Below are positions 40,901 to 54,200 of a DNA stretch of 64,000 nucleotides, piece after piece. Location of the stretch: the NCBI GenBank assembly GCA_964057225.1, contig OZ059897.1, positions 18,786,001 to 18,850,000 on the forward strand, read 5' to 3'. This DNA is from Auanema rhodensis (taxonomy: Eukaryota > Animalia > Nematoda). The translations under genes and the position numbers were made by a program. Below the pieces are notes generated by a model. That model did not search any database and was not told the origin of the DNA. It saw only the letters and a list, made by a program, of their open reading frames with translations. Positions within the stretch are counted from its first letter, which is position 1. Each line of letters starts with the position of its first letter.

Positions 40901-43172
40901 AAATTTTTTCGAAAAATTTCAAAATAATTTAGCAAAAAGTAGATGTTTTTAGATTCCATTTTTCAAGGCAAAGACGATGGACAATGTTATTCAACGAAAA
41001 AATTAATTCTTCAGGGTGAAAATCGAGGATATAAGTGTGAACTTATATCAGTTGATATCTCGGTGCATTTTTAAGCTAGCGCAAATCTGATAACACAGAT
41101 CGACGCAGCTTAAAAATCCGCATCGAATGCACTATACTACATTGAGAAACGCTTAATACAAAAATTAGTTATGATCGTTTGAAAAATGATGCATTAGTGT
41201 ATGTTGAGTTTCCATGTACACTCAACATTGCTTCCAAAAACATTTTGACAAAAATTTTTTCGAAAAATTTCAAAATAATTTAGCAAAAAGTAGATGTTTT
41301 AAGATTCCATTTTTCAAGGCAAAGACGATGGACAATGTTATTCAACGAAAAAATTAATTCTTCAGGGTGAAAATCGAGGATATAAGTGTGAACTTATATC
41401 AGTTGGTTTCTCGGTGCATTTTAAAGCTAGCGCAAATCTGATAACACAGATCGACGCAGCTTAAAAATCCGCATCGAATGCACTATACTACATTGAGAAA
41501 CGCTTAATACAAAAATTAGTTATGATCGTTTGAAAAATGATGCATTAGTGTATGTTGAGTTTCCATGTACACTCAACATTGCTTCCAAAAACATTTTGAC
41601 AAAAATTTTTTCGAAAAATTTCAAAATAATTTAGCGAAAAGTAGATGTTTTTAGATTCCATTTTTCAAGGCAAAGACGATGGACAATGTTATTCAACGAA
41701 AAAATTAATTCTTCAGGGTGAAAATCGAGGATATAAGTGTGAACTTATATCAGTTGATATCTCGGTGCATTTTTAAGCTAGCGCAAATCTGATAACACAG
41801 ATCGACGCAGCTTAAAAATCCGCATCGAATGCACTATACTACATTGAGAAACGCTCAATACAAAAATTAGTTATGATCGTTTGAAAAATGATGCATTAGT
41901 GTATGTTGAGTTTCCATGTACACTCAACATTGCTTCCAAAAACATTTTGACAAAAATTTTTTCGAAAAATTTCAAAATAATTTAGCAAAAAGTAGATGTT
42001 TTAAGATTCCATTTTTCAAGGCAAAGACGATGGACAATGTTATTCAACGAAAAAATTAATTCTTCAGGGTGAAAATCGAGGATATAAGTGTGAACTTATA
42101 TCAGTTGGTTTCTCGGTGCATTTTAAAGCTAGCGCAAATCTGATAACACAGATCGACGCAGCTTAAAAATCCGCATCGAATGCACTATACTACATTGAGA
42201 AACGCTTAATACAAAAATTAGTTATGATCGTTTGAAAAATGATGCATTAGTGTATGTTGAGTTTCCATGTACACTCAACATTGCTTCCAAAAACATTTTG
42301 ACAAAAATTTTTTCGAAAAATTTCAAAATAATTTAGCGAAAAGTAGATGTTTTTAGATTCCATTTTTCAAGGCAAAGACGATGGACAATGTTATTCAACG
42401 AAAAAATTAATTCTTCAGGGTGAAAATCGAGGATATAAGTGTGAACTTATATCAGTTGATATCTCGGTGCATTTTTAAGCTAGCGCAAATCTGATAACAC
42501 AGATCGACGCAGCTTAAAAATCCGCATCGAATGCACTATACTACATTAAGAAACGCTTAATACAAAAATTAGTTATGATCGTTTGAAAAATGATGCATTA
42601 GTGTATGTTGAGTTTCCATGTACACTCAACATTGCTTCCAAAAACATTTTGACAAAAATTTTTTCGAAAAATTTCAAAATAATTTAGCGAAAAGTAGATG
42701 TTTTTAGATTCCATTTTTCAAGGCAAAGACGATGGACAATGTTATTCAACGAAAAAATTAATTCTTCAGGGTGAAAATCGAGGATATAAGTGTGAACTTA
42801 TATCAGTTGATATCTCGGTGCATTTTTAAGCTAGCGCAAATCTGATAACACAGATCGACGCAGCTTAAAAATCCGCATCGAATGCACTATACTACATTAA
42901 GAAACGCTTAATACAAAAATTAGTTATGATCGTTTGAAAAATGATGCATTAGTGTATGTTGAGTTTCCATGTACACTCAACATTGCTTCCAAAAACATTT
43001 TGACAAAAATTTTTTCGAAAAATTTCAAAATAATTTAGCGAAAAGTAGATGTTTTTAGATTCCATTTTTCAAGGCAAAGACGATGGACAATGTTATTCAA
43101 CGAAAAAATTAATTCTTCAGGGTGAAAATCGAGGATATAAGTGTGAACTTATATCAGTTGATATCTCGGTGC

Positions 43173-46100
43173 ATTTTTAAGCTAGCGCAAATCTGATAAC
43201 ACAGATCGACGCAGCTTAAAAATCCGCATCGAATGCACTATACTACATTGAAAAACGCTTGATACAAAAATTAGTTATGATCGTTTGAAAAATGATGCAT
43301 TAGTGTATGTTGAGTTTCCATGTACACTCAACATTGCTTCCAAAAACATTTTGACAAAAATTTTTTCGAAAAATTTCAAAATAATTTAGCGAAAAGTAGA
43401 TGTTTTTAGATTCCATTTTTCAAGGCAAAGACGATGGACAATGTTATTCAACGAAAAAATTAATTCTTCAGGGTGAAAATCGAGGATATAAGTGTGAACT
43501 TATATCAGTTGGTTTCTCGGTGCATTTTAAAGCTAGCGCAAATCTGATAACACAGATCGACGCAGCTTAAAAATCCGCATCGAATGCACTATACTACATT
43601 GAGAAACGCTTAATACAAAAATTAGTTATGATCGTTTGAAAAATGATGCATTAGTGTATGTTGAGTTTCCATGTACACTCAACATTGCTTCCAAAAACAT
43701 TTTGACAAAAATTTTTTCGAAAAATTTCAAAATAATTTAGCAAAAAGTAGATGTTTTTAGATTCCATTTTTCAAGGCAAAGACGATGGACAATGTTATTC
43801 AACGAAAAAATTAATTCTTCAGGGTGAAAATCGAGGATATAAGTGTGAACTTATATCAGTTGATATCTCGGTGCATTTTTAAGCTAGCGCAAATCTGATA
43901 ACACAGATCGACGCAGCTTAAAAATCCGCATCGAATGCACTATACTACATTGAAAAACGCTTAATACAAAAATTAGTTATGATCGTTTGAAAAATGATGC
44001 ATTAGTGTATGTTGAGTTTCCATGTACACTCAACATTGCTTCCAAAAACATTTTGACAAAAATTTTTTCAAAAAATTTCAAAATAATTTAGAAAAGTAGA
44101 TGTTTTTAGATTCCATTTTTCAAGGCAAAGACGATGGACAATGTTATTCAACGAAAAAATTAATTCTTCAGGGTGAAAATCGAGGATATAAGTGTGAACT
44201 TATATCAGTTGATATCTCGGTGCATTTTTAAGCTAGCGCAAATCTGATAACACAGATCGACGCAGCTTAAAAATCCGCATCGAATGCACTATACTACATT
44301 AAGAAACGCTTAATACAAAAATTAGTTATGATCGTTTGAAAAATGATGCATTAGTGTATGTTGAGTTTCCATGTACACTCAACATTGCTTCCAAAAACAT
44401 TTTGACAAAAATTTTTTCAAAAAATTTCAAAATAATTTAGAAAAGTAGATGTTTTTAGATTCCATTTTTCAAGGCAAAGACGATGGACAATGTTATTCAA
44501 CGAAAAAATTAATTCTTCAGGGTGAAAATCGAGGATATAAGTGTGAACTTATATCAGTTGATATCTCGGTGCATTTTTAAGCTAGCGCAAATCTGATAAC
44601 ACAGATCGACGCAGCTTAAAAATCCGCATCGAATGCACTATACTACATTAAGAAACGTTTGATACAAAAATTAGTTATGATCGTTTGAAAAATGATGCAT
44701 TAGCGTATGTTGAGTTTCCATGTACACTCAACATTGCTTCCAAAAACATTTTGACAAAAATTTTTTCGAAAAATTTCAAAATAATTTAGCAAAAAGTAGA
44801 TGTTTTAAGATTCCATTTTTCAAGGCAAAGACGATGGACAATGTTATTCAACGAAAAAATTAATTCTTCAGGGTGAAAATCGAGGATATAAGTGTGAACT
44901 TATATCAGTTGGTTTCTCGGTGCATTTTAAAGCTAGCGCAAATCTGATAACACAGATCGACGCAGCTTAAAAATCCGCATCGAATGCACTATACTACATT
45001 GAAAAACGCTTGATACAAAAATTAGTTATGATCGTTTGAAAAATGATGCATTAGTGTATGTTGAGTTTCCATGTACACTCAACATTGCTTCCAAAAACAT
45101 TTTGACAAAAATTTTTTCGAAAAATTTCAAAATAATTTAGCGAAAAGTAGATGTTTTTAGATTCCATTTTTCAAGGCAAAGACGATGGACAATGTTATTC
45201 AACGAAAAAATTAATTCTTCAGGGTGAAAATCGAGGATATAAGTGTGAACTTATATCAGTTGGTTTCTCGGTGCATTTTAAAGCTAGCGCAAATCTGATA
45301 ACACAGATCGACGCAGCTTAAAAATCCGCATCGAATGCACTATACTACATTGAGAAACGCTTAATACAAAAATTAGTTATGATCGTTTGAAAAATGATGC
45401 ATTAGTGTATGTTGAGTTTCCATGTACACTCAACATTGCTTCCAAAAACATTTTGACAAAAATTTTTTCGAAAAATTTCAAAATAATTTAGCAAAAAGTA
45501 GATGTTTTTAGATTCCATTTTTCAAGGCAAAGACGATGGACAATGTTATTCAACGAAAAAATTAATTCTTCAGGGTGAAAATCGAGGATATAAGTGTGAA
45601 CTTATATCAGTTGATATCTCGGTGCATTTTTAAGCTAGCGCAAATCTGATAACACAGATCGACGCAGCTTAAAAATCCGCATCGAATGCACTATACTACA
45701 TTGAAAAACGCTTAATACAAAAATTAGTTATGATCGTTTGAAAAATGATGCATTAGTGTATGTTGAGTTTCCATGTACACTCAACATTGCTTCCAAAAAC
45801 ATTTTGACAAAAATTTTTTCAAAAAATTTCAAAATAATTTAGAAAAGTAGATGTTTTTAGATTCCATTTTTCAAGGCAAAGACGATGGACAATGTTATTC
45901 AACGAAAAAATTAATTCTTCAGGGTGAAAATCGAGGATATAAGTGTGAACTTATATCAGTTGATATCTCGGTGCATTTTTAAGCTAGCGCAAATCTGATA
46001 ACACAGATCGACGCAGCTTAAAAATCCGCATCGAATGCACTATACTACATTAAGAAACGCTTAATACAAAAATTAGTTATGATCGTTTGAAAAATGATGC

Positions 46101-48074
46101 ATTAGTGTATGTTGAGTTTCCATGTACACTCAACATTGCTTCCAAAAACATTTTGACAAAAATTTTTTCAAAAAATTTCAAAATAATTTAGAAAAGTAGA
46201 TGTTTTTAGATTCCATTTTTCAAGGCAAAGACGATGGACAATGTTATTCAACGAAAAAATTAATTCTTCAGGGTGAAAATCGAGGATATAAGTGTGAACT
46301 TATATCAGTTGATATCTCGGTGCATTTTTAAGCTAGCGCAAATCTGATAACACAGATCGACGCAGCTTAAAAATCCGCATCGAATGCACTATACTACATT
46401 GAGAAACGCTAAATACAAAAATTAGTTATGATCGTTTGAAAAATGATGCATTAGTGTATGTTGAGTTTCCATGTACACTCAACATTGCTTCCAAAAACAT
46501 TTTGACAAAAATTTTTTCGAAAAATTTCAAAATAATTTAGCGAAAAGTAGATGTTTTTAGATTCCATTTTTCAAGGCAAAGACGATGGACAATGTTATTC
46601 AACGAAAAAATTAATTCTTCAGGGTGAAAATCGAGGATATAAGTGTGAACTTATATCAGTTGGTTTCTCGGTGCATTTTAAAGCTAGCGCAAATCTGATA
46701 ACACAGATCGACGCAGCTTAAAAATCCGCATCGAATGCACTATACTACATTGAGAAACGCTTAATACAAAAATTAGTTATGATCGTTTGAAAAATGATGC
46801 ATTAGTGTATGTTGAGTTTCCATGTACACTCAACATTGCTTCCAAAAACATTTTGACAAAAATTTTTTCGAAAAATTTCAAAATAATTTAGCAAAAAGTA
46901 GATGTTTTTAGATTCCATTTTTCAAGGCAAAGACGATGGACAATGTTATTCAACGAAAAAATTAATTCTTCAGGGTGAAAATCGAGGATATAAGTGTGAA
47001 CTTATATCAGTTGATATCTCGGTGCATTTTTAAGCTAGCGCAAATCTGATAACACAGATCGACGCAGCTTAAAAATCCGCATCGAATGCACTATACTACA
47101 TTGAAAAACGCTTAATACAAAAATTAGTTATGATCGTTTGAAAAATGATGCATTAGTGTATGTTGAGTTTCCATGTACACTCAACATTGCTTCCAAAAAC
47201 ATTTTGACAAAAATTTTTTCAAAAAATTTCAAAATAATTTAGAAAAGTAGATGTTTTTAGATTCCATTTTTCAAGGCAAAGACGATGGACAATGTTATTC
47301 AACGAAAAAATTAATTCTTCAGGGTGAAAATCGAGGATATAAGTGTGAACTTATATCAGTTGATATCTCGGTGCATTTTTAAGCTAGCGCAAATCTGATA
47401 ACACAGATCGACGCAGCTTAAAAATCCGCATCGAATGCACTATACTACATTAAGAAACGCTTAATACAAAAATTAGTTATGATCGTTTGAAAAATGATGC
47501 ATTAGTGTATGTTGAGTTTCCATGTACACTCAACATTGCTTCCAAAAACATTTTGACAAAAATTTTTTCAAAAAATTTCAAAATAATTTAGAAAAGTAGA
47601 TGTTTTTAGATTCCATTTTTCAAGGCAAAGACGATGGACAATGTTATTCAACGAAAAAATTAATTCTTCAGGGTGAAAATCGAGGATATAAGTGTGAACT
47701 TATATCAGTTGATATCTCGGTGCATTTTTAAGCTAGCGCAAATCTGATAACACAGATCGACGCAGCTTAAAAATCCGCATCGAATGCACTATACTACATT
47801 AAGAAACGCTTGATACAAAAATTAGTTATGATCGTTTGAAAAATGATGCATTAGCGTATGTTGAGTTTCCATGTACACTCAACATTGCTTCCAAAAACAT
47901 TTTGACAAAAATTTTTTCGAAAAATTTCAAAATAATTTAGCAAAAAGTAGATGTTTTAAGATTCCATTTTTCAAGGCAAAGACGATGGACAATGTTATTC
48001 AACGAAAAAATTAATTCTTCAGGGTGAAAATCGAGGATATAAGTGTGAACTTATATCAGTTGGTTTCTCGGTGC
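43173..48074 (+). repeat. 5/4/5-monomer higher-order repeat, each unit containing a pair of 349-bp deletion monomers (M124-137)
   Basis: TTTAGAAAAGTAG (2-bp deletion) with G196A occurs at 44091/44440, 45842/46191 and 47242/47591. Each pair is preceded by the GTTGGTTTCTC...TTTTAAAG junction variant. Confidence 0.88.
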
Positions 48075-49125
48075 ATTTTAAAGCTAGCGCAAATCTGATA
48101 ACACAGATCGACGCAGCTTAAAAATCCGCATCGAATGCACTATACTACATTGAGAAACGCGTGATACAAAAATTAGTTATGATCGTTTGAAAAATGATGC
48201 ATTAGTGTATGTTGAGTTTCCATGTACACTCAACATTGCTTCCAAAAACATTTTGACAAAAATTTTTTCGAAAAATTTCAAAATAATTTAGCGAAAAGTA
48301 GATGTTTTTAGATTCCATTTTTCAAGGCAAAGACGATGGACAATGTTATTCAACGAAAAAATTAATTCTTCAGGGTGAAAATCGAGGATATAAGTGTGAA
48401 CTTATATCAGTTGATATCTCGGTGCATTTTTAAGCTAGCGCAAATCTGATAACACAGATCGACGCAGCTTAAAAATCCGCATCGAATGCACTATACTACA
48501 TTGAGAAACGCTTAATACAAAAATTAGTTATGATCGTTTGAAAAATGATGCATTAGTGTATGTTGAGTTTCCATGTACACTCAACATTGCTTCCAAAAAC
48601 ATTTTGACAAAAATTTTTTCGAAAAATTTCAAAATAATTTAGCAAAAAGTAGATGTTTTTAGATTCCATTTTTCAAGGCAAAGACGATGGACAATGTTAT
48701 TCAACGAAAAAATTAATTCTTCAGGGTGAAAATCGAGGATATAAGTGTGAACTTATATCAGTTGATATCTCGGTGCATTTTTAAGCTAGCGCAAATCTGA
48801 TAACACAGATCGACGCAGCTTAAAAATCCGCATCGAATGCACTATACTACATTGAAAAACGCTTGATACAAAAATTAGTTATGATCGTTTGAAAAATGAT
48901 GCATAAGTGTATGTTGAGTTTCCATGTACACTCAACATTGCTTCCAAAAACATTTTGACAAAAATTTTTTCGAAAAATTTCAAAATAATTTAGAAAAGTA
49001 GATGTTTTTAGATTCCATTTTTCAAGGCAAAGACGATGGACAATGTTATTCAACGAAAAAATTAATTCTTCAGGGTGAAAATCGAGGATATAAGTGTGAA
49101 CTTATATCAGTTGATATCTCGGTGC

Positions 49126-51231
49126 ATTTTTAAGCTAGCGCAAATCTGATAACACAGATCGACGCAGCTTAAAAATCCGCATCGAATGCACTATACTACA
49201 TTAAGAAACGCTTGATACAAAAATTAGTTATGATCGTTTGAAAAATGATGCATTAGTGTATGTTGAGTTTCCATGTACACTCAACATTGCTTCCAAAAAC
49301 ATTTTGACAAAAATTTTTTCGAAAAATTTCAAAATAATTTAGCAAAAAGTAGATGTTTTTAGATTCCATTTTTCAAGGCAAAGACGATGGACAATGTTAT
49401 TCAACGAAGAAATTAATTCTTCAGGGTGAAAATCGAGGATATAAGTGTGAACTTATATCAGTTGATATCTCGGTGCATTTTTAAGCTAGCGCAAATCTGA
49501 TAACACAGATCGACGCAGCTTAAAAATCCGCATCGAATGCACTATACTACATTGAGAAACGCGTGATACAAAAATTAGTTATGATCGTTTGAAAAATGAT
49601 GCATTAGTGTATGTTGAGTTTCCATGTACACTCAACATTGCTTCCAAAAACATTTTGACAAAAATTTTTTCGAAAAATTTCAAAATAATTTAGCAAAAAG
49701 TAGATGTTTTAAGATTCCATTTTTCAAGGCAAAGACGATGGACAATGTTATTCAACGAAAAAATTAATTCTTCAGGGTGAAAATCGAGGATATAAGTGTG
49801 AACTTATATCAGTTGATATCTCGGTGCATTTTTAAGCTAGCGCAAATCTGATAACACAGATCGACGCAGCTTAAAAATCTGCATCGAATGCACTATACTA
49901 CATTGAGAAACGCTTAATACAAAAATTAGTTATGATCGTTTGAAAAATGATGCATTAGTGTATGTTGAGTTTCCATGTACACTCAACATTGCTTCCAAAA
50001 ACATTTTGACAAAAATTTTTTCGAAAAATTTCAAAATAATTTAGCGAAAAGTAGATGTTTTTAGATTCCATTTTTCAAGGCAAAGACGATGGACAATGTT
50101 ATTCAACGAAAAAATTAATTCTTCAGGGTGAAAATCGAGGATATAAGTGTGAACTTATATCAGTTGATATCTCGGTGCATTTTTAAGCTAGCGCAAATCT
50201 GATAACACAGATCGACGCAGCTTAAAAATCCGCATCGAATGCACTATACTACATTAAGAAACGCTTGATACAAAAATTAGTTATGATCGTTTGAAAAATG
50301 ATGCATTAGTGTATGTTGAGTTTCCATGTACACTCAACATTGCTTCCAAAAACATTTTGACAAAAATTTTTTCGAAAAATTTCAAAATAATTTAGCAAAA
50401 AGTAGATGTTTTTAGATTCCATTTTTCAAGGCAAAGACGATGGACAATGTTATTCAACGAAGAAATTAATTCTTCAGGGTGAAAATCGAGGATATAAGTG
50501 TGAACTTATATCAGTTGATATCTCGGTGCATTTTTAAGCTAGCGCAAATCTGATAACACAGATCGACGCAGCTTAAAAATCCGCATCGAATGCACTATAC
50601 TACATTGAGAAACGCGTGATACAAAAATTAGTTATGATCGTTTGAAAAATGATGCATTAGTGTATGTTGAGTTTCCATGTACACTCAACATTGCTTCCAA
50701 AAACATTTTGACAAAAATTTTTTCGAAAAATTTCAAAATAATTTAGCAAAAAGTAGATGTTTTAAGATTCCATTTTTCAAGGCAAAGACGATGGACAATG
50801 TTATTCAACGAAAAAATTAATTCTTCAGGGTGAAAATCGAGGATATAAGTGTGAACTTATATCAGTTGATATCTCGGTGCATTTTTAAGCTAGCGCAAAT
50901 CTGATAACACAGATCGACGCAGCTTAAAAATCTGCATCGAATGCACTATACTACATTGAGAAACGCTTAATACAAAAATTAGTTATGATCGTTTGAAAAA
51001 TGATGCATTAGTGTATGTTGAGTTTCCATGTACACTCAACATTGCTTCCAAAAACATTTTGACAAAAATTTTTTCGAAAAATTTCAAAATAATTTAGCGA
51101 AAAGTAGATGTTTTTAGATTCCATTTTTCAAGGCAAAGACGATGGACAATGTTATTCAACGAAAAAATTAATTCTTCAGGGTGAAAATCGAGGATATAAG
51201 TGTGAACTTATATCAGTTGATATCTCGGTGC
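49126..51231 (+). repeat. 3-monomer higher-order repeat (1053 bp) x2: M141-143 and M144-146
   Basis: A284G monomer / CGCGTGA+T235A monomer / C53T monomer, repeated in the same order. Confidence 0.88.
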
Positions 51232-54200
51232 ATTTTTAAGCTAGCGCAAATCTGATAACACAGATCGACGCAGCTTAAAAATCCGCATCGAATGCACTAT
51301 ACTACATTGAGAAACGTTTAATACAAAAATTAGTTATGATCGTTTGAAAAATGATGCATTAGTGTATGTTGAGTTTCCATGTACACTCAACATTGCTTCC
51401 AAAAACATTTTGACAAAAATTTTTTCGAAAAATTTCAAAATAATTTAGCGAAAAGTAGATGTTTTTAGATTCCATTTTTCAAGGCAAAGACGATGGACAA
51501 TGTTATTCAACGAAAAAATTAATTCTTCAGGGTGAAAATCGAGGATATAAGTGTGAACTTATATCAGTTGATATCTCGGTGCATTTTTAAGCTAGCGCAA
51601 ATCTGATAACACAGATCGACGCAGCTTAAAAATCTGCATCGAATGCACTATACTACATTGAGAAACGCTTGATACAAAAATTAGTTATGATCGTTTGAAA
51701 AATGATGCATTAGTGTATGTTGAGTTTCCATGTACACTCAACATTGCTTCCAAAAACATTTTGACAAAAATTTTTTCGAAAAATTTCAAAATAATTTAGC
51801 GAAAAGTAGATGTTTTTAGATTCCATTTTTCAAGGCAAAGACGATGGACAATGTTATTCAACGAAAAAATTAATTCTTCAGGGTGAAAATCGAGGATATA
51901 AGTGTGAACTTATATCAGTTGATATCTCGGTGCATTTTTAAGCTAGCGCAAATCTGATAACACAGATCGACGCAGCTTAAAAATCCGCATCGAATGCACT
52001 ATACTACATTGAGAAACGCTTAATACAAAAATTAGTTATGATCGTTTGAAAAATGATGCATTAGTGTATGTTGAGTTTCCATGTACACTCAACATTGCTT
52101 CCAAAAACATTTTGACAAAAATTTTTTCGAAAAATTTCAAAATAATTTAGCGAAAAGTAGATGTTTTTAGATTCCATTTTTCAAGGCAAAGACGATGGAC
52201 AATGTTATTCAACGAAAAAATTAATTCTTCAGGGTGAAAATCGAGGATATAAGTGTGAACTTATATCAGTTGATATCTCGGTGCATTTATAAGCTAGCGC
52301 AAATCTGATAACACAGATCGACGCAGCTTAAAAATCCGCATCGAATGCACTATACTACATTGAAAAACGCTTGATACAAAAATTAGTTATGATCGTTTGA
52401 AAAATGATGCATTAGTGTATGTTGAGTTTCCATGTACACTCAACATTGCTTCCAAAAACATTTTGACAAAAATTTTTTCGAAAAATTTCAAAATAATTTA
52501 GCGAAAAGTAGATGTTTTTAGATTCCATTTTTCAACGCAAAGACGATGGACAATGTTATTCAACGAAAAAATTAATTCTTCAGGGTGAAAGTCGAGGATA
52601 TAAGTGTGAACTTATATCAGTTGATATCTCGGTGCATTTTTAAGCTAGCGCAAATCTGATAACACAGATCGACGCAGCTTAAAAATCCGCATCGAATGCA
52701 TTATACTACATTAAGAAACGCGTGATACAAAAATTAGTTATGATCGTTTGAAAAATGATGCATTAGTGTATGTTGAGTTTCCATGTACACTCAACATTGC
52801 TTCCAAAAACATTTTGACAAAAATTTTTTCGAAAAATTTCAAAATAATTTAGCAAAAAGTAGATGTTTTTAGATTCCTTTTTTCAAGGCAAAGACGATGG
52901 ACAATGTTATTCAACGAAAAAATTATTTCTTCAGGGTGAAAATCGAGGATATAAGTGTGAACTTATATCAGTTGATATCTCGGTGCATTTTTAAGCTAGC
53001 GTAAATCTGATAACACAGATCGACGCAGCTTAAAAATCCGCATCGAATGCACTATACTACATTGAAAAACGCTTGATACAAAAATTAGTTATGATCGTTT
53101 GAAAAATGATGCATTAGCGTATGTTGAGTTTCCATGTACACTCAACATTGCTTCCAAAAACATTTCGACAAAAATTTTTTCGAAAAATTTCAAAATAATT
53201 TAGCAAAAAGTAGATGTTTTTAGATTCCATTTCTCAAGGCAAAGACGATAGACAATGTTATTCAACGAAAAAATTAATTCTTCAGGGTGAAAATCGAGGA
53301 TATAAGTGTGAACTTATATCAGTTGATATCTCGGTGCATTTTTAAGCTAGCGCAAATCTGATAACACAGATCGACGCAGCTTAAAAATCTGCATCGAATG
53401 CACTATACTACATTGAGAAACGCTTGATACAAAAATTAGTTATGATCGTTTGAAAAATGATGCATTAGTGTATGTTGAGTTTCCATGTACACTCAACATT
53501 GCTTCCAAAAACATTTTGACAAAAATTTTTTCGAAAAATTTCAAAATAATTTAGCGAAAAGTAGATGTTTTTAGATTCCATTTTTCAAGGCAAAGACGAT
53601 GGACAATGTTATTCAACGAAAAAATTAATTCTTCAGGGTGAAAATCGAGGATATAAGTGTGAACTTATATCAGTTGATATCTCGGTGCATTTTTAAGCTA
53701 GCGCAAATCTGATAACACAGATCGACGCAGCTTAAAAATCCGCATCGAATGCACTATACTACATTGAGAAACGTTTAATACAAAAATTAGTTATGATCGT
53801 TTGAAAAATGATGCATTAGTGTATGTTGAGTTTCCATGTACACTCAACATTGCTTCCAAAAACATTTTGACAAAAATTTTTTCGAAAAATTTCAAAATAA
53901 TTTAGCGAAAAGTAGATGTTTTTAGATTCCATTTTTCAAGGCAAAGACGATGGACAATGTTATTCAACGAAAAAATTAATTCTTCAGGGTGAAAATCGAG
54001 GATATAAGTGTGAACTTATATCAGTTGATATCTCGGTGCATTTTTAAGCTAGCGCAAATCTGATAACACAGATCGACGCAGCTTAAAAATCTGCATCGAA
54101 TGCACTATACTACATTGAGAAACGCTTGATACAAAAATTAGTTATGATCGTTTGAAAAATGATGCATTAGTGTATGTTGAGTTTCCATGTACACTCAACA

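Noticed and set aside
48847-49053. 68-aa minus-strand ORF
   Set aside because: It exists only in M140, through the 2-bp deletion frameshift plus a private SNP (GCATAAG).
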